Shown here piece by piece: positions 26,634 to 40,031 of a DNA stretch of 64,000 nt; position 1 is the stretch's first letter; every line of letters starts with the position of its first letter. The position numbers were made by a program, and so were the translations under genes. This DNA comes from Octopus vulgaris (lineage: Eukaryota): contig OX597814.1 in the NCBI GenBank assembly GCA_951406725.2, positions 206,212,001-206,276,000 on the forward strand, written 5' to 3'. The notes under the pieces are model-generated. The model ran no database searches, was not told where the DNA came from, and worked only from the letters and a program-made list of their open reading frames with translations.

Positions 26634-29600
26634 ATATTGAGTCTGGTAAGTTAAAACTTTATTTATGTGGAATATTGAGTCTGGTAAGTTAAAACTTTAT
26701 TTATATGGAATATTGAGTCTGGTAAGTTAAACCTTTATTTATATGGAATATTGAGTCTGGTAAGTTAAAACTTTATTTATATGGAATATTGAGTCTGGTA
26801 AGTTAAAACTTTATTTATATGAATATTGAGTCTGGTAAGTTAAAACTTTATTTATATGAAATATTGAGTCTGGTAAGTTAAAACTTTATTTATATGGAAT
26901 ATTGAGTCTGGTAAGTTAAAACTTTATTTATATGGAATATTGAGTCTGGTAAGTTAAAACTTTATTTATATGAAATATTAAGTCTGGTAAGTTAAAACTT
27001 TATTTATATGGAATATTGAGTCTGGTAAGTTAAAACTTTATTTATATGAAATATTGAGTCTGGTAAGTTAAAACTTTATTTATATGGAATATTGAGTCTG
27101 GTAAGTTAAAACTTTATTTATATGGAATATTGAGTCTGGTAAGTTAAAACTTTTTTTATATGAAATATTGAGTCTGGTAAGTTAAAACTTTATTTATATG
27201 GAATATTGAGTCTGGTAAGTTAAAACTTTATTTATATGAAATATTGAGTCTGGTAAGTTAAAACTTTATTTATATGGAATATTGAGTCTGGTAAGTTAAA
27301 ACTTTATTTATATGGAATATTGAGTCTGGTAAGTTAAAACTTTATTTATATGAAATATTGAGTCTGGTAAGTTAAAACTTTATTTATATGGAATATTGAG
27401 TCTGGTAAGTTAAAACTTTATTTATATGGAATATTGAGTCTGGTAAGTTAAAACTTTATTTATATGGAATATTGAGTCTGGTAAGTTAAAACTTTATTTA
27501 TATGGAATATTGAGTCTGGTAAGTTAAAACTTTATTTATATGGAATATTGAGTCTGGTAAGTTAAAACTTTATTTATATGGAATATTGAGTCTGGTAAGT
27601 TAAAACTTTATTTATATGGAATATTGAGTCTGGTAAGTTAAAACTTTATTTATATGGAATATTGAGTCTGGTAAGTTAAAACTTTATTTATATGGAATAT
27701 TGAGTCTGATAAGTTAAAACTTTATTTATATGGAATATTGAGTCTGGTAAGTTAAAACTTTATTTATATGAAATATTGAGTCTGGTAAGTTAAAACTTTA
27801 TTTATATGAAATATTGAGTCTGGTAAGTTAAAACTTTATTTATATGAAATATTGAGTCTGGTAAGTTAAAACTTTATTTATATGGAATATTGAGTCTGGT
27901 AAGTTAAAACTTTATTTATATGGAATATTGAGTCTGGTAAGTTAAAACTTTATTTATATGGAATATTGAGTCTGGTAAGTTAAAACTTTATTTATATGGA
28001 ATATTGAGTCTGGTAAGTTAAAACTTTATTTATATGGAATATTGAGTCTGGTAAGTTAAAACTTTATTTATATGGAATATTGAGTCTGGTAAGTTAAAAC
28101 TTTATTTATATGGAATATTGAGTCTGGTAAGTTAAAACTTTATTTATATGGAATATTGAGTCTGGTAAGTTAAAACTTTATTTATATGGAATATTGAATA
28201 TTGAGTCTGGTAAGTTAAAACTTTATTTATATGGAATATTGAGTCTGGTAAGTTAAAACTTTATTTATATGGAATATTGAGTCTGGTAAGTTAAAACTTT
28301 ATTTATATGGAATATTGAGTCTGGTAAGTTAAAACTTTATTTATATGGAATATTGAGTCTGGTAAGTTAAAACTTTATTTATATGGAATATTGAGTCTGG
28401 TAAGTTAAAACTTTATTTATATGAAATATTGAGTCTGGTAAGTTAAAACTTTATTTATATGGAATATTGAGTCTGATAAGTTAAAACTTTATTTATATGG
28501 AATATTGTGTCTGGTAAGTTAAAACTTTATTTATATGAAATATTGAGTCTGGTAAGTTAAAACTTTATTTATATGAAATATTGAGTCTGGTAAGTTAAAA
28601 CTTTATTTATATGAAATATTGAGTCTGGTAAGTTAAAACTTTATTTATATGGAATATTGAGTCTGGTAAGTTAAAACTTTATTTATATGGAATATTGAGT
28701 CTGGTAAGTTAAAACTTTATTTATATGGAATATTGAGTCTGGTAAGTTAAAACTTTATTTATATGGAATATTGAGTCTGGTAAGTTAAAACTTTATTTAT
28801 ATGGAATATTGAGTCTGGTAAGTTAAAACTTTATTTATATGGAATATTGAGTCTGGTAAGTTAAAACTTTATTTATATGGAATATTGAGTCTGGTAAGTT
28901 AAAACTTTATTTATATGGAATATTGAGTCTGGTAAGTTAAAACTTTATTTATATGGAATATTGAGTCTGGTAAGTTAAAACTTTATTTATATGGAATATT
29001 GAGTCTGGTAAGTTAAAACTTTATTTATATGGAATATTGAGTCTGGTAAGTTAAAACTTTATTTATATGGAATATTGAGTCTGGTAAGTTAAAACTTTAT
29101 TTATATGGAATATTGAGTCTGGTAAGTTAAAACTTTATTTATATTGAATATTGAGTCTGGTGAGTTAAAACTTTATTTATATGAAATATTGAGTCTGGTA
29201 AGATAAAACTTTATTTATGTGGAATATTGAGTCTGGTAAGTTAAAACTTTATTTATATGGAATATTGAGTCTGGTAAGTTAAAACTTTATTTATATGGAA
29301 TATTGAGTCTGGTAAGTTAAAACTTTATTTATATGAATATTGAGTCTGGTAAGTTAAAACTTTATTTATATGGAATATTGAGTCTGGTAAGTTAAAACTT
29401 TATTTATATGGAATATTGAGTCTGGTAAGTTAAAACTTTATTTATATGGAATATTGAGTCTGGTAAGTTAAAACTTTATTTATATGGAATATTGAGTCTG
29501 GTAAGTTAAAACTTTATTTATATGGAATATTGAGTCTGGTAAGTTAAAACTTTATTTATATGGAATATTGAGTCTGGTAAGTTAAAACTTTATTTATATG

Positions 29601-31346
29601 GAATATTGAGTCTGGTAAGTTAAAACTTTATTTATATGGAATATTGAGTCTGGTAAGTTAAAACTTTATTTATATGGAATATTGAGTCTGGTAAGTTAAA
29701 ACTTTATTTATATGAAATATTGAGTCTGGTAAGTTAAAACTTTATTTATATGGAATATTGAGTCTGGTAAGTTAAAACTTTATTTATATGGAATATTGAG
29801 TCTGGTAAGTTAAAACTTTATTTATATGGAATATTGAGTCTGGTAAGTTAAAACTTTATTTATATGAAATATTGAGTCTGGTAAGTTAAAACTTTATTTA
29901 TATGGAATATTGAGTCTGGTAAGTTAAAACTTTATTTATATGGAATATTGAGTCTGGTAAGTTAAAACTTTATTTATATGGAAATATTGAGTCTGGTAAG
30001 TTAAAACTTTATTTATATGAAATATTGAGTCTGGTAAGTTAAAACTTTATTTATATGGAATATTGAGTCTGGTAAGTTAAAACTTTATTTATATGAATAT
30101 TGAGTCTGGTAAGTTAAAACTTTATTTATATGGAATATTGAGTCTGGTAAGTTAAAACTTTATTTATATGGAATATTGAGTCTGGTAAGTTAAAACTTTA
30201 TTTATATGGAATATTGAGTCTGGTAAGTTAAAACTTTATTTATATGGAATATTGAGTCTGGTAAGTTAAAACTTTATTTATATGGAATATTGAGTCTGGT
30301 AAGTTAAAACTTTATTTATATGGAATATTGAGTCTGGTAAGTTAAAACTTTATTTATATGGAATATTGAGTCTGGTAAGTTAAAACTTTATTTATATGGA
30401 ATATTGAGTCTGGTAAGTTAAAACTTTATTTATATGGAATATTGAGTCTGGTAAGTTAAAACTTTATTTATATGGAATATTGAGTCTGGTAAGTTAAAAC
30501 TTTATTTATATGAAATATTGAGTCTGGTAAGTTAAAACTTTATTTATATGGAATATTGAGTCTGGTAAGTTAAAACTTTATTTATATGGAATATTGAGTC
30601 TGGTAAGTTAAAACTTTATTTATATGAAATATTGAGTCTGGTAAGTTAAAACTTTATTTATATGAAATATTGAGTCTGGTAAGTTAAAACTTTATTTATA
30701 TGGAATATTGAGTCTGGTAAGTTAAAACTTTATTTATATGGAATATTGAGTCTGGTAAGTTAAAACTTTATTTATATGGAATATTGAGTCTGGTAAGTTA
30801 AAACTTTATTTATATGGAATATTGAGTCTGGTAAGTTAAAACTTTATTTATATGGAATATTGAGTCTGGTAAGTTAAAACTTTATTTATATGGAATATTG
30901 AGTCTGGTAAGTTAAAACTTTATTTATATGGAATATTGAGTCTGGTAAGTTAAAACTTTATTTATATGGAATATTGAGTCTGGTAAGTTAAAACTTTATT
31001 TATATGGAATATTGAGTCTGGTAAGTTAAAACTTTATTTATATGGAATATTGAGTCTGGTAAGTTAAAACTTTATTTATATGGAATATTGAGTCTGGTAA
31101 GTTAAAACTTTATTTATATGGAATATTGAGTCTGGTAAGTTAAAACTTTATTTATATGAAATATTGAGTCTGGTAAGTTAAAACTTTATTTATATGGAAT
31201 ATTGAGTCTGGTAAGTTAAAACTTTATTTATATGGAATATTGAGTCTGGTAATTTAAAACTTTATTTATATGAAATATTGAGTCTGGTAAGTTAAAACTT
31301 TATTTATATGAATATTGAGTCTGGTAAGTTAAAACTTTATTTATAT
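26634..31346. repeat. Highly homogeneous 38-bp tandem satellite, ~124 copies
   Basis: Unit gaatattgagtctggtaagttaaaactttatttatatg; period 38 (e.g. 27961 to 27999). Few variants (gg/ga, single-base indels, a 7-nt duplication near 28195). Confidence 0.97.
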
Positions 31347-34300
31347 TAGATTTATTTTATTTTATTTACTTATTTATTTATTTATTTTATCATATATATA
31401 TATGTTATATGTATATATATGTGGATATATATTTTTTATGGATGATATGGGCGTGTATTTAGTGGTGTATATATCGAGTATTGTATGTATGTTTAGTATG
31501 TATAAGTATGTATAAGTGTGTGTTGTAGGTGTGTGTACATATGTGTGTGTATATAAGTATGTGAGTATATATGTGTATTTGTGTATGTATATGTATTTGT
31601 ATGTAGTTGTGTGAGTGTGTATATACGTATTTGTGTATGTGTATGTGTTTGTGTATATGTGTATATTTGTATATGTGCAGATGTGAATTTGGTATGTTAT
31701 TATATTGTATAAGTGTTGTGGTTTTTATATATGCGGAATGGGTTTGTTTGAATATTAGTTTTAGTTGAGACGTGAGGTTGTGGGAAATAGTTTATAGGGT
31801 GGGGTAATGCTATATAGGTTTGTTTGTGTATGTAAGTATTTAGATTTGTTTATTTACATTAATTTATTAATTTATATAATATAATATTAATTTATGTGTA
31901 TAACTTGTTCTGGGTTGTTTTGGATGAATGGGAGCTACTAGGTGTTTAGGGGTGTTTTGGATGGTTGTTCCCTATATATTGTGAATGTTTCCAATCTCCT
32001 TGTATTATATTTGGTATGGTGATCATGGCAGTTTTATTTTGGGTATTGTTTGTAGCAATATATACGTTTATATAGATATTTAGGAGGGTGTCCGTGAATA
32101 TGTATGTATGGGTGTGTATGCATGTGTGCGCGTGTACAAGTGCAAGTGTAGATGTGGGAGTGCATGAGTGCTATGTAATTGAGTGTGATTGTTTATGCAC
32201 TTGTATACATGTAAGTTTTGAATGTGCGTGAGATTGCACCCGTCTGCGTGTACACACTCATATATACATATATTAAATATTTATTTATTTATTTACTATT
32301 TTGAAAGTGTGTATTTTATATATATGCGTATGTGATGATATGTGTGAATGTATATATATATATATATTTTATATATATATATATATATATTTATGTTTGT
32401 ATATGTATTTATTTATTAATCTATATGGGTGTGGGAGTGAATATATTGGTGTATATATCGAGTATTGTACGTATGTATATGTATGTGTGAGTGTGTATAT
32501 GTTTATGTTTGTGGGTGTGTGTAAATATGTGTGTGTATTTGTGTGTATTGTGTATTTGGTAAAGGGGTTTTATCTTTATATTTGTATGTATGGATTTCGT
32601 TTATCATGATTGTTTTATTAAAGAATTTTTAGTAAATTTAGTCCCCATGTATTATAGCTTGGTATGTTGATCATGGTAGTTTTATTTGGGTTTTGTTTGT
32701 AGCCATATATACGTATATTTAGATGTTTAGGAGGGTGTCCGTGAATATGCATGTGCATGGGTGTGTGTGCATGTGTGCGCGTGTATAAGTGCATGTGTAG
32801 ATGCGGGAGTGCATGAGTGCTATGTAAAAGTGTGTGCATGTGTATGCACTTGTATACATGCATGATTGATTGGGCGTGAGATTGCACCTGTTTGCGTGTA
32901 CACACTCATATATACATTTAATAAATATTCATTTATTTATTTTTTTGTGAATGTGTGTATTTTTATATATATTTTTATATACATGTGTATTTGATGATAT
33001 GTGTGAGTGTATATATATTTATATATTTATGGATGTATATATATTTATTTATTTATCTGTATGGGTGTGGGTGTGAATATATTGGTGTATATATCGAGTT
33101 TTGTACGTATGTATATGTATGTGTGAGTGGGTATATGTATATGTTGTGGGTGTGTGTTTTACGTGTGTGTATTTGTGTGTGAATGTATAGATTAGGGGGA
33201 TTGCTATATAGGTATGTTATTGTGTATGGTAAAGGGAGGTTTTATCATTATAGGTATATATGGGTTTCGTTTATCATGGTTGTTTTATTAAAGAATTTTG
33301 TAGTAAATTCTGTATATTTACGTTGATTAACATATTCCATTCTATTCCATTCATAATTTTTAAATAACGTTCGTTCACCACGCGCCAAGAATTTTTATAA
33401 ATATGTTCTATTTCTATGGTAACGTAATTTTGTAAACGTTATAACGGTTAGACTTTAAATTCACTTCATAACTTAAAATTGAATAGAAGGTATGTATTTT
33501 TTTCTCCTTATGTTAATCTTGTTGCTTATGGAGTGTTCTATATATCGTATTTTCTTTGTTATTAATTATTAATAATTTAGACATACTTTGATAAATAGAT
33601 AGGTCCGTTTTTAAATGATTTATGTTTATTAATAGAATAACTCAATATAAGTTATTATTCATATTCATTAATTTGTTTTAGAGTGGTGGGGGTTTTTATT
33701 AGTATATTGCTGAGTAGTGAATATTACTGTATGTAAGTGGCTGAGAGTATGTATCTGCTGAATTTGTTACTCATCTGTGTTGGAGTGGCGGTAGGAGTGC
33801 GGTTGTATGTGAGTGATTGTGTGTGAATGTGTGTGGGTGTGCATTGTTTATGTGTAGATATGTTGTTTTTCTTTTGAGTGTTTATGTATGTGTGAATGTG
33901 TGTGTGTGTGTGTGTGTTTGTTTGCGTAATTTATTTATCTGTATGGGTGTGGGTGTGAATATATTGGTGTAGATATCGAGTTTTGTACGTATGTATATGT
34001 ATGTGTGAGTGGGTATATGTATATGTTGTGGGTGTGTGTTTTACGTGTGTGTATTTGTGTGTGAATGTATAGATTAGGGGGATTGCTATATAGGTATGTT
34101 ATTGTGTATGGTAAAGGGAGGTTTTATCATTATAGGTATATATGGGTTTCGTTTATCATGGTTGTTTTATTAAAGAATTTTATAGTAAATTCTGTCTATT
34201 TACGTTGATTAACATATTATTCCATTCTATTCCATTCATAATTTTTAAATAACGTTCTTTCATTACGCGCAAAGAATTTATCATAAATATGTTCTATTTC

Positions 34301-35690
34301 TATGGTAACGTAATTTTGTAAACGTTATAACGGTTAGACTTTAAATTCACTTCATAACTTAAAATTGAATAGAAGGTATGTATTTTTTTCTCCTTATGTT
34401 AATCTTGTTGCTTATGTTAATCTTGATGATTATGGAGTGTTCTATATATCGTATTTTCTTTGTTATTAATTATTAATAATTTAGACATACTTTGATAAAT
34501 AGATAGGTCTGTTTTTAAATGATTTATGTTTATTAATAGAATAACTCAATATAAGTTATTATTCACATTCATAAATTTGTTTTTGAGTGGTGGGGGTTTT
34601 TAATAGTATATTACTGAGTAGGGAATATTACTGTATGTAAGTGGCTGAGAGTATGTATCTGCTGAATTTGTTACTCATCTGTGTTGGAGTGGCGGTAGGA
34701 GTGCGGTTGTATATGAGTGATTGTGTGTGAATGTGTGTGGGTGTGCATTGTTTATGTGTAGAAATGTTGTTTTTCTTTTGAGTGTTTATGTATGTGTGGA
34801 TGTGTGTGTGTGTGTGTGTTTGTTTGCGTATTTGTGTATGTTTGTTGCATGCATGTGGTATTTGGATATGTGTGTGTGTGTGTTTGTTTTAAGTATTTAT
34901 GTATTGTTGTGGTATATATGTGGTATATGGTATTTGATAGTTTCTTGCTAAGAATGAAATGTTTATATTGTTGTGGTTGAGTATATGCGGCTGCTGGATG
35001 TGTGGTTGTCATGCAGAGTGAGTGTGTTTATGAATGAGGGTTGTATGTGTGTGCGAGGGAGTATGAATAAGTAATGTGTTGAAGTATTTGGCTATTTTAT
35101 TAATTTATTGTTGCCTAGATGTTTATGTGTATGTATAGATATATATATATGGGTGTGTGAGTTTTTAGATATGTTTATATTTAATTAGATATATGTGTAT
35201 GAGCATGTGTGTATATATAGTTTATTTTTTATTTTTTTTTTTTTTGGTTTTTTGTTCATCTTTAAATATGAGAACTTTAATAATAGGTTTCTTTATATTC
35301 AATTGTTTATAGAGGTTATTTTAGATTATATATTGATTATATATAGGTTATATATAGATTATATATAGATTATATATATTTATATTTTTTCATTGATAAA
35401 TTTATATTATTTTAAACTTATATTTTAAAATATTGATATTTTTAGATATGAAATCCACCTGATGAATGTCATTTGAAGACATGAAACAATTGTAGTGGCG
35501 ATTTATTTACTTTATATTAATATTATATTAAAAAAATTTTTATGCATTGATTAAGTCTTTCCTTGTTTGATTTTAAAATAGTGGTTTTGTCTCTAATTAA
35601 TATTATATAATATTTTACTATAAAATTGGATTCAATCCTAAATCTGATTTTTCCCTGTAAATTTGGATTTATTCCCTAATATTTATTATT
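31347..35690 (+). repeat. GT-rich, strand-asymmetric low-complexity region with nested tandem duplications, ending in a hammerhead-bearing tail
   Basis: 33045-33925 duplicated at 33930-34830; 31990-32640 related to 32655-33310. The tail gtggttttgtctctaatt also appears inverted at ~6685-6705. Confidence 0.65.
35451..35504 (+). ncRNA. Minimal type I hammerhead ribozyme (Penelope-like-element type), apparently intact
   Basis: ccac-CTGATGA-atgtc(atttgaa)gacat-GAAA-caattg-TA-gtgg. Full catalytic core, perfect 5-bp stem II, stem I ccac/gtgg extended by aaat/attt, palindromic stem III ACAATTGT, GUA cleavage triplet ending at 35494. Confidence 0.75.
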
Positions 35691-36684
35691 ATATATATAT
35701 ATATATATATGTATATACTACCAGAGATACCCGGCTTTACTCGTGATTAAAATGGCATAGTTTGTATATAATATATTACAGTTATGTTGAAACAGGTGAT
35801 ATGGGAAAGTGCAGCATTGACAACAAAACATTTGTGGAGTAAATGATGGGTTAATTCGACTAAGCAACATGCTATGCGTCCGTTTGGAGTATTTCAGGCC
35901 CTACCCTGTGGGAGTTATGTGATTTTGGAATGCACTGAAAAGCTGTCAGTGGATATACTCTCTTTTACAGCGGTCGGCGATGTGTCTAACACGACCCATC
36001 ACCTGAAATGTTGACACCTCCTTCGGGTTTGTTGTCCTACGTTACTCATAAAGTAAATTTGGAGGAACTGTGACTGTTCATTTGTGGGTACCAGGGAACC
36101 AATGAGGTGATAGACTTGCCCTTGAACTTTGACCTCGTCGTAAATTCATGTTTATCGATCTTCGTAGACGCACCAAACGATGTCATTTGAAATGCAGAGT
36201 TTATTGTCTGATATAGTTCGGAAAATCCTTTGACTGGATGGAAATGCCTTCTAGAAGATCCATAAGAGGTTGAGAAGGAGCTGGTATAGTGCTGGCAATG
36301 TTACCTGACAACCTGAGCAGCACATACCATTCGTTTCATTTGAAAATTTCAGGAATCATTTAGATTTTAGGAATCCTCTAGAATTGGGTACATTATCTTC
36401 CAATAAATCCTTTAGAGGCTGTGGAGGAGGTTGAAGCAAATGTAGTGTCACCTTGCCATTGGAGTAGCACATCTCAGAAGTGTCAGCAGGAAATCTCCTC
36501 GCACCGCAGTGGGTACACGAAACAGATGGGTCCCTAATTAATACTACTGAATCGTTGTGGTAGTTTTTTGAACGATCATAGTAGAAAGCTGCACGGGGCT
36601 CAGTAAAACAGGAAGATGGTGGTGCTCCACTGCCAACTTCATGCATGGCCCTGTCTTTGGCAAGCCTTTCGGTACGATGCTCTT

Positions 36685-37098
36685 TTACTCTTTTTACTCC
36701 TTTTACTTGTTTCAGTCATTTGACTGCGGCCATGCTGGAGCACCGCCTTTAGTCGAGCAAATCGACCCCGGGACTTATTCTTTGTAAGCCCAGTACTTAT
36801 TTTATCGGTCTCTTTTGCCGAACCGCTAAGTGACGGGGACGTCAACACACCAGCATCGGTTGTCAAGCAATGCTAGGGTGACAAACACAGACACACAAAC
36901 ATATACACACACACTTATATATATATACATATATACGACAGGCTTCTTTCAGTTTCCGTCTACCAAATCCACTCACAAGGCATTGGTCGGCCCGGGGCTA
37001 TAGCAGAAGACACTTGCCCAAGATGCCACGCAGTGGGACTGAACCCGGAACCATGTGGTTGGTTAGCAAGCTACTTACCACACAGCCACTCCTGCGCC
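36685..37098 (-). mobile_element. Full-length SINE (10452 family) inserted in the Helitron
   Basis: Head ggcgcaggagtggctgtgtggtaagtagc through tail (gagtaaaa)n. Confidence 0.8.
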
Positions 37099-37453
37099 TA
37101 TACTCTGAAGATTCCATTTGCCGAGCAGTTTCCATTCTCGCTTGTTTTTTTTTGTTTTTTGTTTTTTTTTTGCTAGCTTCTGGTTTCGTTCTTCATCAGA
37201 CTCTCTAAGGCGTATAGTTGCCTTGCACTTTGCAGCACCTCTCTTGGGTGGCATTCTGTAAAGAAATGGGGAAAATGACGTCACAACTACTATGTAATGT
37301 TAGTTGTCAACGTACAAGTATAATTACTCACACTGGATTTGAAAATAGAAATATCCAGTGTTAATAAGTTGAGCTGTGCCAAGAATAATCACATCAAATT
37401 TAAATGTGAAATATCAATAAGAGAACTTGTTCCAAAAATATCCGAAAATATCC

Positions 37454-37978
37454 TGTGCAGCATATAAGCTACTGGGAAAGACTCAAGAGATTAAAGCACT
37501 ATTCCCTGGAGCGTAGGCGGGAAAGATATACCATAATATATATCTGGAAGATCCTGGAAGGACTTGTCCCAAACCTTGGCATCGAGAGTCACACAAATGC
37601 CAGAACCGGGCGCCACTGCGTAGTACCAAGGACTCCAAATTTGCCATCAAGATGTAGGACAAGATACTGTGATAGCCTGGGCTTCAGAGGCCCACAGCTC
37701 TTCAATATCCTCCCGAAGAACCTGAGGGACCTGCATGGTGTAGATGCGGATGTCTTTAGACTAGGACTGGATCTCTTCCTGTCAGGTGTCCCGGATGAAC
37801 CAACTTCACGACAGGAGGTGCAGATGAGGGCAGCTGCATCGAACTCTCTCATGCACCAAATGGCAGTTGCTAAAAAGCATTCGTGAGGTAAAATCATGTA
37901 GCAAACCAAATGGCGGTGCCCCAGCATGGCCACAGCTCATGAGCTGAAACTGGAAAAATCAAAATCAAAATCAAAATC
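37454..37978 (+). mobile_element. CR1/L2-group LINE 3' fragment with (AAAATC)n tail
   Basis: ORF 37455-37886: SYWERLKRLKHYSLERRRERY.IIYIWKILEGLVPN...RGPQLFNILPKNLR...LDLFLSGVPDEP. Confidence 0.8.
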
Positions 37979-38184
37979 ATATATTTGAAAATCAATGTGA
38001 ATCAATGTGCAATATAGAGTACCTCATTCAATTAACTGAGAAAATGACGTCTATCTCCATATGAATTTTTTTTTCTCTCAAACACACTCACATAACTATA
38101 TATCTTATGTATATGAAATAGATCTGTTGACAATCAAACAATTAAATGAAAGGAAAGGTGTCTATCTCCGTATGAAATGTTTTT

Positions 38185-38215
<31 letters not shown>

Positions 38216-38738
38216 AATGAACCTGTACGTACAAATACACAAATAGAAAGCTGGAAAAAATATGAAAGTAGTTTAAGAAATTATTTTTTATCAGAAATTG
38301 TCCCAAGTGTAATGATGTATACATAGTTATTACGTCCGGACGCCAAACACAGAAAGTTGACATTGACAAAACAGTTTGAAGAAGTGAATCTTTATATATA
38401 AAGCAATATTATTTATTTTTAATAAACAAAATAAATCAAGACCGTATTATTCTTTCCAAGGTCAAATTATTCATGTACCCCAAGTATGGTACAGATTGAT
38501 CCAGAGGTTTGAGTGTGCATAGAGGACACATACACACACACACACACAGACAACATATTTTATATAGTCAGATTGTACGTATTTTATTATATACTTATTC
38601 GTTTATCTATTTATTGATAGAATGGCCACCATTATTCCGCACACCCCTATAATAGAATCTGAGTCTTTGTGTCTCTATCACACATCCTTTTGGAAATATA
38701 CGAATAACTAGGTGACCTTACTGTTTGCTTTTGACCCT

Positions 38739-39227
38739 GTAATGACATGCATAAGATCTGGTCATCAAATCTAAGTAGAGACTTCAAACTTGAAATCTTC
38801 AAAGCCACAGTCGAACCAATTCTACTATATGGCTCAGAAACCTGGACGTTATCAAAGAAGCTTGAGAGGCGGTTGGATGGAACCTACACTCGCCTCCTTA
38901 TGAGAGCTCAAAATCTCTCGTGGAAGCGTCATCCAACCAAAATACAAATATATGGGAAACTACCACCTGTGTCATCTCTTGTGAAAGGTAAGAGAGTCCA
39001 GTTTGCTGGACATTGTTGTAGAGCTGAAAAAGAGGTAATTTCTACTCTTCTCCTCTGGAAGCCATCTACTCGCAATACCAGAGGGCGCACACTCTCCTAC
39101 CCTGATGTAATCTCCAGGGATACAGGCATCCAGCAACAGGACCTCCGTAATGCCATGATGGACCGTGAAGTCTGACGTAGCATGGTAAATTCCATTATCT
39201 CGACCACGGTCGAATAATGATGATGAC
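38739..39227 (+). mobile_element. RTE-clade LINE 3' fragment
   Basis: KIWSS.LSR..KL.IFKATVEPILLYGSETWTL...FAGHC.R. (TGA)n tail and a candidate TSD tgaccct at 38732 and 39228. Confidence 0.85.
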
Positions 39228-39604
39228 TGACCCTAAAATTCTTGTTGAATTGAATTAAAAGATAAGCGGAACTAACTCTATCTTAATTGCAGGGATGAGC
39301 TACTTCGCCGGCCGATTCTCCTCGCCTCCACCCGCTACCCAGTCCTCTAACCTCCATCGATGCTATGAACCTTAGATACCCCATTACCCACATACTACAT
39401 TGTTATATTACTACCCATCTGCCTGGGTTCGTACAATCATGAAGGTGCATATGCCGTTCATTTTTTAATGTTTCTAAATGTTGTGGCTCATGTATTTACC
39501 TAATGGAAAACGTTTTTTCTAAGGATGTAATGTTTCTATTAATCAATTAAAATTTGGTTGGAAACAGCTGTAGTGAATTGACACATTATACGTCTGTTAT
39601 TTAT

Positions 39605-39950
39605 TCATACACATGGTTCCGGGTTCAGTCGCACTGCGTGGCACCTTGGGCAAGTGTCTTCTACTATAGCCGCGGGCCGACCAAATCCCTGTGAGTGGAT
39701 TTGGTAGACGGAAACTGAAAGAAGCCCGTCGTATGTGTATGTGTGTGTTTTTGTGTGCCTGTGTTTATCCCCCCAACATCGCTTGACAACCGATGCTGCT
39801 GTGCTTACGTCCCCGTAACCTAGCGGTTCAGCAAAAGAAATCCGATAGAATAAGTACTAGGCTTACAGAGAATCAATTCTGGTGTCGATTTATTCGACTA
39901 AAGGCAGTGCTCCAGCATGACCGCAGTCAAATGACTAAAACAAATAGAAG
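39605..39950 (+). mobile_element. SINE (10452 family)
   Basis: Colinear with 21112-21458. Confidence 0.75.
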
Positions 39951-39959
39951 ATCAGAAGT

Positions 39960-40031
<72 letters not shown>

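Larger units (their letters stand above)
35718..38572 (-). mobile_element. Helitron relic (Rep/helicase N-terminal fragments) with nested SINE and LINE
   Basis: A|TC 5' end at 38572. Fragments CTHCGARRFPADTSEMCYSNGKVTL..LQPPPQPLKDLL, IRQ.NSAFQMTSFGA and QGQVYHLIGSLVP. 3' hairpin then ...GTAG|T at 35718. Confidence 0.75.

Noticed and set aside
26634-31346. CRISPR array (38-bp repeats)
   Set aside because: Units are contiguous with no unique spacers, there are no cas genes, and the context is eukaryotic.
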